Source of the DNA: a virus | Lineage: Duplodnaviria > Heunggongvirae > Uroviricota > Caudoviricetes | Length of the DNA stretch: 6,037 bases | Direction: 5' to 3' (one strand) | IMG/VR virus record: IMGVR_UViG_2693429728_000004 | Location: 1 to 6,037 of that record | In this document: piece after piece, positions 5,557 to 6,037 of the stretch | Numbering within the stretch: position 1 is the first letter of the stretch | Layout of the letters: the number at the start of each line of letters is the position of its first letter | Translations under genes and position numbers: made by a program | Notes under the pieces: generated by a model | What the model was told of the DNA's origin: nothing | The model's database searches: none | The model's input: the letters and a program-made list of their open reading frames with translations, nothing else

Positions 5557-6037
5557 TATGCAGCCCTCACGATAAAGTTAAATGCAATATTTCGTGGACG
5601 GGTTTCACTCCCGCCAGTATTACCGATACTCCCTCGTGAATGAAGTGTCGGTGATGGGATCAGACTCCCTCCTGTATTTGTGGCATCAAGTCCCCGTCCT
5701 TGTGTGTATGTCTTTTTGAAAATCGTAGCCAGTTCCCATTCATCTTTTGTGTCGTAACCATCATTGGCAACAACAATATGACGGTGCTTTTCCAGCATCC
5801 CAGCCTGAAGGCTCAATAAAGCACGTCCTGCATCAATACCGCGCCCATCATCCCAGCCACGAATAAATTCACCTCGTAAATCAGGCAATTTATTTGTCGG
5901 GTAAGCCTTTGCCAGTTCCGGGTATTCTTCAGCAGAAAAAGCCGCCCCGTTGCATTTCAGCCAGCCTGTTGGAGGTGTCTCTGAAGGCCACGGAACAGGC
6001 GCACCAACAGGTAATGCTGAACCTTCTCCCAAACCAA
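5556..6037 (-). CDS. Tail fibre variable C-terminal cassette Sv' (same protein as Sv1), in inverted orientation; 5' end and site run past the window end
   Basis: Translation is identical to Sv1 from the GLGE codons through NIAFNFIVRAA. The two 60-nt stretches 3181-3240 and 5559-5618 were checked and are exact reverse complements. Confidence 0.8.
   Translation of the reverse strand, partial: GLGEGSALPVGAPVPWPSETPPTGWLKCNGAAFSAEEYPELAKAYPTNKLPDLRGEFIRGWDDGRGIDAGRALLSLQAGMLEKHRHIVVANDGYDTKDEWELATIFKKTYTQGRGLDATNTGGSLIPSPTLHSRGSIGNTGGSETRPRNIAFNFIVRAA
6024..6037 (-). other. Crossover site 4 (gix/hix-like), inverted relative to sites 1-3, truncated by the window end
   Basis: Reverse complement of 6021-6037 is TTGGTTTGGGAGAAGGT, i.e. 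central TT plus the conserved right half. The other half-site lies beyond position 6037. Confidence 0.6.

Larger units (their letters stand above)
4159..6023. other. Predicted invertible G/C-segment-like element: Sv2-U2 on the + strand and U'-Sv' on the - strand, bounded by inverted sites 3 and 4
   Basis: Two fibre tip plus chaperone units in convergent orientation between inversely oriented crossover sites with identical core and identical codon phase. Same architecture as the Mu G segment and P1 C segment as I know them. Confidence 0.7.
5255..6037. repeat. Inverted repeat, arm B (5' part of U' + Sv' + site core); continues past the window end
   Basis: See arm A. Confidence 0.85.

Noticed and set aside
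1-6037. CRISPR arrays, tRNA or rRNA genes, toxin-antitoxin pairs
   Set aside because: No short regularly spaced repeats, no cloverleaf-like conserved tRNA sequences, and every sizeable ORF is accounted for by tail, invertase or chaperone functions.
2162-6037. The whole repeat structure as a pure assembly artefact of a mixed-orientation population
   Set aside because: Not fully excluded, but the novel joint at 3544/3545 lies inside a gene and not at a crossover site, which is not what a simple collapse of two inversion isomers would produce. Kept as a real structure pending long-read confirmation.

Overview
This window is the tail-fibre end of a P2-like (Myoviridae-type) prophage tail gene cluster, followed by an unusually complex DNA-inversion locus. 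On the + strand: the 3' end of a baseplate J-like gene (1-234), a gpI-like tail gene (227-832) and the N-terminal constant part (Sc) of a gpH-like tail fibre gene (829-1974). Downstream are three alternative tail-fibre C-terminal cassettes (Sv1 2722-3243, Sv2 4105-4518, Sv' 5556-6037 on the - strand), each with a tail-fibre assembly (chaperone) gene, and two copies of a Gin/Pin/Cin/Hin-family serine DNA invertase on the - strand (2128-2694 and 3520-4077). Four 26-bp gix/hix-like crossover sites are present, three in direct orientation (1865-1890, 2750-2775, 4133-4158) and one inverted and cut by the window end (6024-6037). All sit in the same reading phase over codons for a conserved Gly-Leu-Gly-Glu motif. 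Two long repeats structure the locus: a 615-bp direct repeat (2162-2776 = 3545-4159) carrying invertase plus site, and an inverted repeat of at least 783 bp (2762-3544 = reverse complement of 5255-6037) carrying one fibre tip plus the first 100 codons of its chaperone. In the orientation captured here the fibre gene is not joined to any receptor-binding cassette. The overall picture is a multi-site, shufflon/Min-like tail-fibre host-range switch with a duplicated invertase. Family assignments rest on my reading of the translated ORFs and on recalled similarity to known proteins; no database search was run.
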